Shown here in pieces: positions 47,501 through 54,935 of a stretch of 64,000 nucleotides of DNA (its first letter is position 1; every line of letters begins with the position of its first letter). The DNA is from a virus. The notes beneath the pieces are model-generated. The model worked only from the letters and a program-made list of their open reading frames with translations. It did no database searches and was not told where the DNA came from. The position numbers and the translations under genes were made by a program. The stretch covers positions 32,001 to 96,000 of the IMG/VR virus record IMGVR_UViG_3300045988_102159, one strand, 5' to 3'.

Positions 47501-49373
47501 CAAAAGAGCCAAGTTGCATTGAATCTAATGCTGTTTGCATTTTTGCAACTTCATTTGTTTTAATGGATGCAAAAAGGTTTCCAAAATCTAACTTTGATGC
47601 TTCTTTAAGCTCAATAAAACTAGAAATCAACTGTGGAACAGTCATAGAAAGATTCATTATAGTCTGTTCAACTTTTTCTCCAGTAGTTAAATCAGCATTT
47701 GCCCATATAGAACCTAAGTTTTGGAAAGATTGCCAAGCAAAACTAAGTTGCCCAATAGCAGCTGTAGCTTGAACAATATTTTGTACGTCCATTTGCTTTT
47801 TCAGCGTATCTTCAAGACCTTCGTTTTGACCTATAACTCCTCCAAGTACAGCATGTGCGCCAGTAACTTTTTGATTTTTACGGGTCAAATCGCCAGCTGA
47901 ACCTACAGCAACACGACTTTTAACTGATGGATTATTTGCTTTATCTAAAGCCCCTTCTGCTGTTTGGTAAACTTCATTCAAATATTCTTGAAGTTCATCT
48001 ATTAAACCTAAACCTTCACCTAAATTATCAGAATTTAAACCATTCTTTTTACCATTAGCAAGTATTGAAAGTTGACGTAATACTTTAATAACTTTATAAA
48101 TCGGCTGTAAACATTCAGTAGCTTGTTCATCTAACACTGCAAAAATAGAATCTTTTCCTGCAATATTAGTTTCAGTTATACCGTAGGCTTTAAGTAACTT
48201 TTTAGTATCATTATATATAATTCGTAAGCTTGACCGACCATCTGTAGCAATTTTTGTATTGTCAGAATCAGCACCAAGTGCAGCAATTTTATCACGATGT
48301 TTTGGAATGGTTACTGAACTAATACCAGAAGATTCATTTGCAATTCCTTGGAGTCTTTGCTTTGCTTCGTTGGAAGAAATATTTTTATATAAATCTTCTC
48401 TGCCAGCATTTACATTGTTATAATACTCTTGAGTACCTCTTGCTTGAAGGACTCCATTTTCGTCTCTTAAAAGCTGAATATATTCTTTATATTCACCAGT
48501 TGCCGCGCCAATAGCCATATTAGTTTCATTAACGGATTCACGAAGTTTGGCTTCTGCATCAGTAACGCCATTAATTGCGTGGCTTGTGTCAATAAGTAGT
48601 TTATTATATTGTGTTTGCTGTTCATTGCTCATGACTGATTGGTAATTTGTTCCAACATCAATCATATTTTTCAACGGGTCTAAAGACTTATCGTCAATCT
48701 TTTGATAACCCATTGCGTTAAGTTTTTCTTTTCTTACTTTGGCATTATTTTCTTTAATCTGCCCAAGTGAGAAATTCTGTGCCATCGCTGTTAAACCATG
48801 TGCTATCTGTTTACTAAATACTCTTGAAGCAGTAGCACCAAACAAAGTTAGTGCGGCAGAACCGCCACCAATAGAATCTATCAATTTCTGCATTAAATCT
48901 AATGCAGTAGATAATCCATCAATGAATCCATAAAAATCAGAAGAATTGCCAAGACTATTGATAATACCTTCAAAAGTAGTCTGTAATTTATTTAATTTTC
49001 CTTGTAATGAATCAACATACTTTTCATTCATTACATCTAGCGTACCGCTAGCATTTTCAGAACCAGCCTTATATTGATTATATAAGTCTGAACGATTCAT
49101 CAATGCTTCAAAACGTGTAAGCTGGAATTTACCAGCAAGCGTTTGACCTACGGCAGCTTTTTGCGTAGCATCAATAGAATCCCAAACTTTCATAAGGTCT
49201 TCCATGATGTTACCAACACCACGCATCTTTCCATCGCCGTCTGTGACTTGTACACCAATTTTCTCTAATGTGGATGTGACTTTTCCTAAGTCTACTCCGT
49301 CGTCTAGAGTCTTACCCATTGATAGGTCTGAAAAGCGTGCATAAAGTGTCTTTAATCCATTACCGATTTGTTC
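41544..49373 (-). CDS. tail tape measure protein, exon 2
   Basis: Begins ..EQIGNGLKTLYARFSDLSMGKTLDDG.. (a conserved TMP block). Long helical repeats, a Gly13 run, and the C-terminal ..YDTGGYTGSW..LHQKELVLNATDT.. block typical of Firmicutes-phage TMPs. Confidence 0.85.
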   Translation of the reverse strand, partial: EQIGNGLKTLYARFSDLSMGKTLDDGVDLGKVTSTLEKIGVQVTDGDGKMRGVGNIMEDLMKVWDSIDATQKAAVGQTLAGKFQLTRFEALMNRSDLYNQYKAGSENASGTLDVMNEKYVDSLQGKLNKLQTTFEGIINSLGNSSDFYGFIDGLSTALDLMQKLIDSIGGGSAALTLFGATASRVFSKQIAHGLTAMAQNFSLGQIKENNAKVRKEKLNAMGYQKIDDKSLDPLKNMIDVGTNYQSVMSNEQQTQYNKLLIDTSHAINGVTDAEAKLRESVNETNMAIGAATGEYKEYIQLLRDENGVLQARGTQEYYNNVNAGREDLYKNISSNEAKQRLQGIANESSGISSVTIPKHRDKIAALGADSDNTKIATDGRSSLRIIYNDTKKLLKAYGITETNIAGKDSIFAVLDEQATECLQPIYKVIKVLRQLSILANGKKNGLNSDNLGEGLGLIDELQEYLNEVYQTAEGALDKANNPSVKSRVAVGSAGDLTRKNQKVTGAHAVLGGVIGQNEGLEDTLKKQMDVQNIVQATAAIGQLSFAWQSFQNLGSIWANADLTTGEKVEQTIMNLSMTVPQLISSFIELKEASKLDFGNLFASIKTNEVAKMQTALDSMQLGSFANGLTATTIKFKAFGAGAKIASAGLQVFKALIEGLSSPLGMATIGIATAGGALLNFLHQKNQAERDKQVETYTNTQQMASVDTSSFDAAYASYKQTGEVTDELKSATDNLIDSLDIAGGKALENSGDFDTLAEKISKASTASKELAASQGKQALTALDKGASTYTPFVNNAARIAFENDFLSNQAGLTTNWIGQDTSGLSIQEKIGNVTEASAKAQKEVDKYQKKLNSMSKDDVMYEHTKSKLDEAKQHVSDAQDYLNDENIANAKTIIDNMASAAEDGLNKSDFVNKSKKEIEDSLLDNEAIKAKYQSLGKEAGQEYIDGLVSAMQGGKDDVKNSVMAGLSSDISTDNLESAVKSKSSMKDVLEDYQTAYQKNGGFTEDEAANIMVEHPGYVEFLQKVGDQYQLNQRAVEQWTQKTREQTAAMKEATGEAINMSQANTDILAAYQNLSNNNLDLQQPLQEIQQLNDLLTNGAISNTDFLDRLNSGFDTLASKIDNAVNSGQKLADVLNDDDISNFAQIMTNELYTGLQQANKQFKSGKMNVTQYSNTMKKAAQQSIKMEQATSGLTDEQVEQIKNSRDISNVTAGMSKKQRDAAKQINKLAKSMKNLDAAADFNNFVTDNFEKINEVFEDTGKVATSATNEMGGIKEQYADTISGLASSMTTFYQTNTDAAKNTAASIASTGAMTLDQAYTMLTTGQGLAKAMMSNSEVAGAAMQGTMAEAEGAVSNMADGISGIISDIMAMFGGIDGDVSSSTEEVTASTYDIKSTEDGKGTDKVGTITVPNFKMHIKGTNNSTSNGSAASRNKNLTSTGKTRTTADGIVQEEYVNKFTGKSTWSNATTGSQASIKEHSKQLAKGLSSLFGSSTPSIKDWAPSGVGGAVPPSNFGFPSSGSGGGGGGGGGGGGGSFTPDTKEALDDEIDRYERVNTLLEAIANDYERINKEQERLTGDKLVENLSKQTSLLKRQIDLQKEKLSIQNDEMNELQSKLSGYGIQFDDEGYISNYAKIHQGLIDNVNNLINQYNAAGTEEAQDAINDQIDAANDNLDKFKTLYQRYDTLISSDLRDTIQQIEDLNDEIEDLRINVLKTQIESLDNLKDIQESLVDFDRAFNRGIQLTPYQEAADNVAKLGKYFDVATMSVDEYYDNLIKKQEDAANAKGASDAYKKWSAGRVEELKAAKQRALNGDKSVDYYGTGYFDMSMKNLTDINAQMKQFEETGKSDIFGENSADLYDVAKTVYEQAAGLAQDYWSLIESLHDNVMDMIDDISDKMDRRKDQYEAITDELEHWLDITELLHGEESYDDLNTILGAQQNNYKAQLNELMQQRDIWKDMLGSMKEGSEEWNEVSDKIKDATSDINDLIQNSLENLQKQYSNTVSKITKAWGTKAVGTDLDWMNTQWELINRNADYYLDDVNKSYNIQKLQSKYLDLLDGSNDLAIQQKISAQMKEQLEYLRDKTKLSEYDVNYANAQLEILQKQIALEEAQRNKSQMKLRRDTQGNYSYVYTANDDNVRSAQSDLLDAQNNAYNMSKDQMKQTQADSLSALQDAQSTVNDIWNNANLSLEEKTKRTQAIIDSLKEYLAGTSEQLSTSQKNIINDFIGMCDMLTGENKDNLQDVYDQIVNGSTDAFDQIDTRWSTSLTSWLQNMDQFKADTDKMLGDLTQAGKDYADGTKTIADIAKTNFDDISNSISGTTDKTKELADSTKEFINILKDVSGEVKKTESTMTDYANRITDANNNMQAFKQLADETANKLAKKEQENANLSEALKQAEQKNYNYEHYGNANGPSSGGGGGGAGANEDTAWGIAKAIWTYGWASGWGNDPVRSSKLTGAYGTAFARHVQDIIDQYSRSGKLVDYGSMKYSSKNLIGYDTGGYTGSWSDKTADAKNGKLAFLHQKELVLNATDTQNILAAVESVRSFADKLKSTSLAQSLSTALGAVNGAKANNASETIDQNVHITAEFPAANNAAEIESALMSLNDRAIQYAYKFR

Positions 49374-49739
49374 CTTGTGTCTTAAACTCGGTCGTTAATC
49401 GAGTCCATATATAAATCCTATATGCTTCTCGTTTCCAAGAAGAAGAGACTATATTTTCTATAAAAATAGAACATTCTTTCGGATAGACTTCTATCCTATC
49501 AGAGCCAATCCTGATAGTCGTTGAACCTTTTACTAAATAGCAAAGTGGCTGCGGATTATCCAATTTTTATATCTTTTTACTATACCTAAGACATTACTCT
49601 TCGCCAATATTATATCACTATAATATTTTAGTAATATAAAACTCTAAGGATTTTCCCGCAATTTAATATTTTTCTTATAATTTAAATTATAAGCCCAATA
49701 TTTTCACTTATATATTTTAAGCAACAAGTAAAATCTTTT
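49374..49739 (-). ncRNA. group I intron (366 nt) in the tape measure gene
   Basis: Shares blocks with the tail-gene introns (AAATTGCGGGAAAATCC, GGATAATCCGCAGCC at 49547-49561, GGTTCAACGACTATC, ATATAGTCTC). Boundaries were chosen by the U/G rule and reading frame (..TREAP|EQIGNG..) and are uncertain by a few nt. Confidence 0.7.
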
Positions 49740-50708
49740 AGGGGCTTCTCGCGTAACGGATTCAATTGTCGCAATCTGGGCGTTTAATTGGTCTGTAGAA
49801 ACTCCAAGCGTAGCTGCCGCTGATGCAGCTTTCTGGGATGCTTCTGCCAACTCTCCAACATCCGCAGCAGAAATATTTGCTACGTTAGCCCAAGAGTCTA
49901 GTGCAGCATTAAGTTTATCAATATTATTATCAAGACCATAAGCATTCATGTATGCTGTGATTTGGTCCGACGTTGTAGCAGTGTCTTGTTGAGAGGCATT
50001 AGCTAATTTAGTTGACATCTCCGCAAGCTGCTGAGATTTGTTTAGGTCAAAACCTTGCTGGCCGAAGATAAGGGTACTATTCGTCATAGCAACAGTTGTA
50101 GAGCCAAGAGCCTTTGCAGCTTCATTAGCCTGCTTAGCATACTGAACCATCGAGTCACGTGAATAGTCAGTAACAAGCATAATTTGTGTCAGCGAATCAT
50201 CAAGGTCTTTTGCATATTCAACAGATTGACGAATAGAATCAGTAACGCCGTTAAAGGCGCTTGACATAATACCCCAACGGACTGTGTTGCCCATTGTGTT
50301 AAATAATTTATCTACCATTGAGCTGGTACTTTTGATACCAGTATCAATTTTACCCAATTGAGCAAGAACGTCTGTAAAGGCAATTTTACCAGTAGACTCT
50401 GCCATAGAAAATGAATTTTGCAGATTACGTAATGAAAGTCCACTCTCATTTAGCTGGCTAGTCAACTTTGTCATATCGAGCATTCCAATTTTAGTGTTAA
50501 AGCTCGAATTTAATGCTTTCTGAAATTTTTGAATATTGTTGATAGCCGCAGAAGCTTGCGTATTATCAATAATATCCCGAGACTGCATTTCCTTTAGCTG
50601 AACAGAAACTTTATTAAGCTCAGTCTGTAATTGAGTCAAACCAGAACGGTCTAATGTAGTTCGTAGATTATACTCAATAGTATTTGAATATTTACTAATG
50701 GTAATCAC
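49740..50708 (-). CDS. tail tape measure protein, exon 1
   Basis: ORF (GTG start) with TMP-type coiled-coil sequence ending ..LNAQIATIESVTREAP before intron-derived stops. Confidence 0.8.
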
Positions 50709-50780
50709 CTACCTTATATTTATCTGTACGATTCATAATCGTACCTCCTTTTATATCTTTATTAACGTTAATATAGGCAT

Positions 50781-50815
50781 AAAAAAAAGAGCCTACTTTA
50801 TATAAAAGTAGGCTC
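50781..50815 (-). terminator. intrinsic terminator
   Basis: 10-bp hairpin GAGCCUACUU / AAGUAGGCUC followed by T8 on the minus strand. Confidence 0.75.
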
Positions 50816-50837
50816 ATAATGATTATTGAATTTTGTA

Positions 50838-51488
50838 CTAAAGCTCGAACAGAGGACCTTCCTCTTGTTCGCTATCTTCTTTAACCTCTTTATTTTCTGT
50901 TGGTACGGCAGAAAGATAATCAGTAGCAGCTTTAATTGCATCATTGACTTGTTCAGGAGTTGCCATAGCCTTAACTTTAACTTTCTCCTTTAATTTACTT
51001 TCATCCTTTGGTGTATTATTCATACCCCACTTGTCAGCAATTTCAAGAACTGTCTTAGCATCACTTTCACTAAAAGCATCTTTAAAACGATTTACAGTAG
51101 ACTCTACAATATCGCCACTAAAAGTTTGAAATGTAGAGAAAATACCACGAGCAGATTGTAGATATTTAATATAATCATCAAGCCATACGCTACCAATACG
51201 ACCAAGAGCATCCATATCTACCGCAAAGTTTTTATTCATATCTTCGATAGTGCCATCAGCCAGAAGAGCATCCCAAGCATCTAAAATATTATTTGAAACC
51301 ATGCGGCCAACCTCTTCCTTACGGTCAGGATATAGAATAATCGCCGCATACGCATATAGCGCACGTTCAAAAACAAACTGATTGACAAAGCCATTATCCT
51401 CGGCAGACTGTGCCGCAAAATGGATAATGTCATACATGTCTTGAGAGGTTAGCTTTTTAGCCGTCTCTGTTTCAAAAAGAATTGCCAT
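50838..51488 (-). CDS. tail assembly chaperone-like protein (by position)
   Basis: 216 aa with an acidic C-terminal tail, immediately upstream of the tape measure gene. Confidence 0.45.
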   Translation of the reverse strand: MAILFETETAKKLTSQDMYDIIHFAAQSAEDNGFVNQFVFERALYAYAAIILYPDRKEEVGRMVSNNILDAWDALLADGTIEDMNKNFAVDMDALGRIGSVWLDDYIKYLQSARGIFSTFQTFSGDIVESTVNRFKDAFSESDAKTVLEIADKWGMNNTPKDESKLKEKVKVKAMATPEQVNDAIKAATDYLSAVPTENKEVKEDSEQEEGPLFEL

Positions 51489-51552
51489 AAAATCTCCTTT
51501 TATCTCTATACCTATATGGTTGTATTATACCATACTTTTAAAACAATGTCAA

Positions 51553-53079
51553 CTAAGATTTAAAAATATCTGGCGTAAATAAATGGCCCATATTAAGTGT
51601 GATACTAATCTTAGTATTATTCAATACCTTGTAGGCAAGTTTATTACGATTTAACGCCATGCGGAAAACGTTATCTCCTTTCTGTGACGGCATAACTTTA
51701 CTTCTTAAAGTACCTAAGTCAAAACCTTCAACAAGATAATATTTGTTGCCGCCATACTTCAAAATAGTATCTGAATTATCGTAAATCTTTCTAAGAATAT
51801 CATAAATTGAAAATATCTTATTATTTACAATAAGTAAAGTTGAATAATCTCCTTTGATACCACTGCCAGCAATAGCATCCACAAGGCTTAAAGCGCCAGC
51901 TGCCTGTCTGATATTGTACCAATCCATAGCATCAACTGTAGTACCAAGAGCACCGACAAGACTATATCCATATTGACCAGCACCGGGCACAAAAGCATTT
52001 AATTTTTTTGCCAACTGCTGATATGTCATACTTCTGGCAACAAATCCTTCAACACCAAGAGCACGAGAACCTGGGCCACTGCCTTGAAATGGCGCACTTT
52101 CACGTAATTTGACATTGCCGCCAAATTCAAGTATTATACCATCTTTATTCCAATAAATATGAACGTCTTCCTTGGACTCTTTACCTTCAAGAGTATCAGT
52201 TATCTGTTGTGCTGTCCAACTTGAATAAAATTTACCATCTGCGGCAGATACAATCTGCTTTATCTTTTCGTCATTTTCCATAATAAGCTGTTGACCTTCA
52301 TTTGCGGCAACATTAATTGCATGTGCTTCTGCCATTTCGTGAACTGTGCCGCCAATAGAGTTGAAAGCAGCAGCGATAGAATCCACAGCAGATTGAAAAC
52401 TATTCTGAATATCCGCAACACCGCCATTGCCAAGAGAAGCAAGAATATCTAAGTTTTCACGTACCTTCTCCATTGCTAAAACCATCTTAGTTTCAGACTC
52501 TTTGACCATTCCCGCACTAATACTTGCGTCTGTTGGAATACCTTGTAAATCTGATGGTACATTTCCATTTGTGTAATAAGCATCTACTAAGCGTGCGGCA
52601 ACTAAAAATTCATAGTTATATGCAAGCGTCCAAATAATATTATTAACAGCTTCATTGACAGCTGTAGTAATGCTCGATACGTGCTCTAAACAGTCCTGCA
52701 CAGATGCATTAAACGCGGAACCAGCATTTGCCAGACTGACACCATCGACAAAAATATCGCCAGATGTACTATATGACTTAGCAATACCTTTGCTGTCAAA
52801 GTTCGCAATATTTTGCATTGCCTTATCAATATTTTGACCTATTACGCCGCCATTTGAAATCCAGTTATCCATCATAGATTTAATCTGTCTACCAGTATAT
52901 TTTTTGCCACTGGCCGCATTCACCTGATTAAATCTCTGAGTAAATGTACTTACTTGGCGTTTCATAATACGGTACATCGTGTCATTATCAATATCGGCTT
53001 GCCCTCTGGCAATAGTATAAGCAAGATACTCTTTACCGCCATTGTATGCTTGGACAGCACGCCAATTGAAATTGCTCAT
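51553..53079 (-). CDS. hypothetical tail-module protein
   Basis: 508-aa ORF with RBS AGGAGG. No motif recognised. Confidence 0.6.
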   Translation of the reverse strand: MSNFNWRAVQAYNGGKEYLAYTIARGQADIDNDTMYRIMKRQVSTFTQRFNQVNAASGKKYTGRQIKSMMDNWISNGGVIGQNIDKAMQNIANFDSKGIAKSYSTSGDIFVDGVSLANAGSAFNASVQDCLEHVSSITTAVNEAVNNIIWTLAYNYEFLVAARLVDAYYTNGNVPSDLQGIPTDASISAGMVKESETKMVLAMEKVRENLDILASLGNGGVADIQNSFQSAVDSIAAAFNSIGGTVHEMAEAHAINVAANEGQQLIMENDEKIKQIVSAADGKFYSSWTAQQITDTLEGKESKEDVHIYWNKDGIILEFGGNVKLRESAPFQGSGPGSRALGVEGFVARSMTYQQLAKKLNAFVPGAGQYGYSLVGALGTTVDAMDWYNIRQAAGALSLVDAIAGSGIKGDYSTLLIVNNKIFSIYDILRKIYDNSDTILKYGGNKYYLVEGFDLGTLRSKVMPSQKGDNVFRMALNRNKLAYKVLNNTKISITLNMGHLFTPDIFKS

Positions 53080-53140
53080 ATTACCTCCTAAATAACATTA
53101 GTATATATTGCAATAGCAATACATATTATTGCTATTTAAA

Positions 53141-53175
53141 AAGAAAAAGGGTGTCCCAGTTAAGGAACACCCTTT
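53141..53175 (-). terminator. intrinsic terminator after the major tail gene
   Basis: AAAGGGUGU-loop-ACACCCUUU followed by a T-rich run on the minus strand. Confidence 0.7.
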
Positions 53176-53178
53176 AGC

Positions 53179-53319
53179 TTATTTAGCTACAGACCTCTTT
53201 AGCTTAGAAACACTGGGAGTAGTCTCAGCTCCTGAAGTCTTAGTAGTCGAATCAACTGCGTTAGCAGTTACGTCTGAATGTTGTTCATCAGCCGCAGATT
53301 CAGTTGACGTTGCGGCCTT
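53179..53319 (-). other. -1 frame open extension (46 codons) beyond the tail-gene stop
   Basis: The -1 frame reads KAATSTESAADEQHSDVTANAVDSTTKTSGAETTPSVSKLKRSVAK and ends 3 nt before the terminator hairpin. Confidence 0.35.
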
Positions 53320-53524
53320 TATTCCCCCGCTGCTTCTGAGAAGACAGACTTAGAATACCAACTATCTACATCGGAATCCTTTGTGCGGCCATCGTGACCA
53401 AGGACATCCTTATTCTTGTAGTTGTGGGTCGTATCAGTCTTATCAACAACCTGTAGCGTAGCCATAACCTTCTTCTTCTTGTTGAACTTGGTGTAGGCAG
53501 GCATACAGTCAATAGTGAATGTAA
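53319..53524 (-). CDS. major tail (tube-type) protein candidate, exon 5
   Basis: ..(F)TFTIDCMPAYTKFNKKKKVMATLQVVD..SEAAGE. In frame with exon 4 only through the junction ACCU|UUACA. Confidence 0.7.
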
Positions 53525-53781
53525 CATTATGTTATCTTATAGTTTCCTATAAGTTCAGACTATATCTTCACCTCTAATAATAGAGGGTTTTCCACTTCGC
53601 TTTGTTATAAAGCTACTCCATAAAGGATAGTCGTTGAACGTACTCGTTCGCTGCTGATTACCAGTTAAGGCTTCCAGCAATTCAAAAAAGATTTTACAAC
53701 GCATCGCTGCGCAGGTACCCGAACATCACTTTAAAAGACTACTAACAGACCAATTAAAGACTAATAGCAGACATTCTAGAC
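53525..53781 (-). ncRNA. group I intron D (257 nt)
   Basis: Contains the blocks GAATTGCTGGAAGCC, GGTAATCAGCAGC, GTTCAACGACTATC and AGATATAGTCT. Exon end GUACCU can pair with GGGUAC (53715-53720). It ends in G. Confidence 0.7.
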
Positions 53782-54431
53782 AGGTACTTGGATCGCCATT
53801 GTTCGCCATAGAGAACGTAAAGTTACTCTGGATTTTACCACGAGGAATGACGAATTCGGCAGGAAGGTCTACGCCAGTCTCTTCATCACGGAAAAGTGTA
53901 GACGCTTCAATGTAATAGTAACCAGCGAAGTTCTCAGCATCAATCTGCATCTCATAGGCTTCATCGTAATGAACCTCATAGCAGTCAATGCGGACGGTAT
54001 CGCCAGCCTTTACAGCGGCATCTTGCTTGCTATCGCCGGGTTCATCGGCGGCAAGCTGGAAAGCGATAGTTTTACCTTCGGCTTGAATCTCACCATGATC
54101 GCCAAGGGTGGCGGCAGCTAGGGTCTTGCCATCATTGATAACAAAGACCTGCTTGTCGGTGACAGCAGAAAGGTAATTAGCTTGAGCACCAGCACTATCA
54201 AGAGTAACAGGATAGATAGGAGCTTCTTTTGTAACGATGATAGTCGCGCCATTGCGGTCTTCATCGGTTAACTTGGCGATAATCTTATCGCCAGAGGTTT
54301 CGGCAACCATATCATATGTAGCATGGACATAGATAGGAGTCTTATTTTCACCAGTTTTCTTACCGTGTACTAGACCAGCACCAGACAGCATAGCGAAACT
54401 GGTAGGACTCATTAGAGAGTCTTCAAGAGTG
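53782..54431 (-). CDS. major tail protein candidate, exon 4
   Basis: (L)TLEDSLMSPTSFAMLSGAGLV..FAGYYYIEASTLFRDEETG..FTFSMANNGDPST. Beta-rich structural sequence. Confidence 0.8.
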
Positions 54432-54658
54432 CTTTTTAAACATATATACTTTCATATATAAACAGACTATATCTTATCTTTCGATTTTCTCACTTCCTTG
54501 CTTACAGCAAGTACACCTATACAGGTTAGTCGTTGAACCATTTTATTTGGCTGCGGATTGTCTAATTCTTATGGATTATTACTATAAAATAGTACCATAA
54601 AACTCTAAAGAGGTTCCCGCAATTCAAGAAATTTAATGACCCCCACATTTGTTAATTA
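54432..54658 (-). ncRNA. group I intron C (227 nt)
   Basis: Exon end GACCCU pairs with GGGGUC (54638-54643). The adjacent GUG (54644-54646) pairs with exon-4 start CAC. Blocks GAATTGCGGGAACC, GACAATCCGCAGCC, GTTCAACGACTAAC and AGATATAGTCT are present. It ends in G. Confidence 0.75.
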
Positions 54659-54679
54659 AGGGTCAGAGTCTTTTCACCA
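54659..54679 (-). CDS. major tail protein candidate, micro-exon 3 (about 21 nt)
   Basis: u GGU GAA AAG ACU CUG ACC Cu encodes (D)GEKTLT(L). It is bounded by a preceding G and a terminal U. Confidence 0.6.
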
Positions 54680-54912
54680 CATTTGTATTATCTGTATCTT
54701 TATATATACATACAGCTTAGACTATATCTTTATTCTTTTAGAATATCTTGCACTTCGGATTGTAGCATCCTACACCTTAAAGGTTAGTCGTTGAACTTTA
54801 CTAAAAGTCTTAGCTGCGGATTCCCCTCGAAAGGGCTTTCCCGCAATTCACAAAATTTATTTCATTCTTAATGGTATACAAGCATTAAGCGGCCTGAGCA
54901 GTGAAGAAACTT
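54680..54912 (-). ncRNA. group I intron B (about 233 nt)
   Basis: Blocks GAATTGCGGGAAAGCC, GGAATCCGCAGCT, GTTCAACGACTAAC and AGATATAGTCT are present. The guide CUCAGGC (54892-54898) pairs with exon GCCUGGG. The 5' junction is uncertain by about 3 nt. Confidence 0.65.
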
Positions 54913-54935
54913 TCCCAGGCGATTAGACGAGGATT
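54913..54935 (-). CDS. major tail protein candidate, micro-exon 2 (about 23 nt)
   Basis: AAU CCU CGU CUA AUC GCC UGG GA encodes NPRLIAW(D), continuing ..VYAQGGKG from exon 1. Confidence 0.6.

Noticed and set aside
49360-49563. 67-aa ORF between the two tape measure ORFs, considered as a possible degenerate intron endonuclease.
   Set aside because: It has no HNH, GIY-YIG or LAGLIDADG motif and no RBS. It overlaps conserved ribozyme blocks (GGATAATCCGCAGCC, GTTCAACGACTATC), so it is most likely just intron RNA.
50781-50788. A8, T9 and similar homopolymers (for example 50781-50788 and the T-run after 6957) as additional phase-variable tracts.
   Set aside because: All of them are the U-tracts of intrinsic terminators in intergenic DNA. 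They do not sit in or just upstream of coding sequence in a way that could switch a frame.
53112-53136. 9-bp inverted repeat AATAGCAAT/ATTGCTATT upstream of the 508-aa gene, considered as an operator.
   Set aside because: It is a short, AT-rich, single copy, comparable to chance palindromes in AT-rich spacers.
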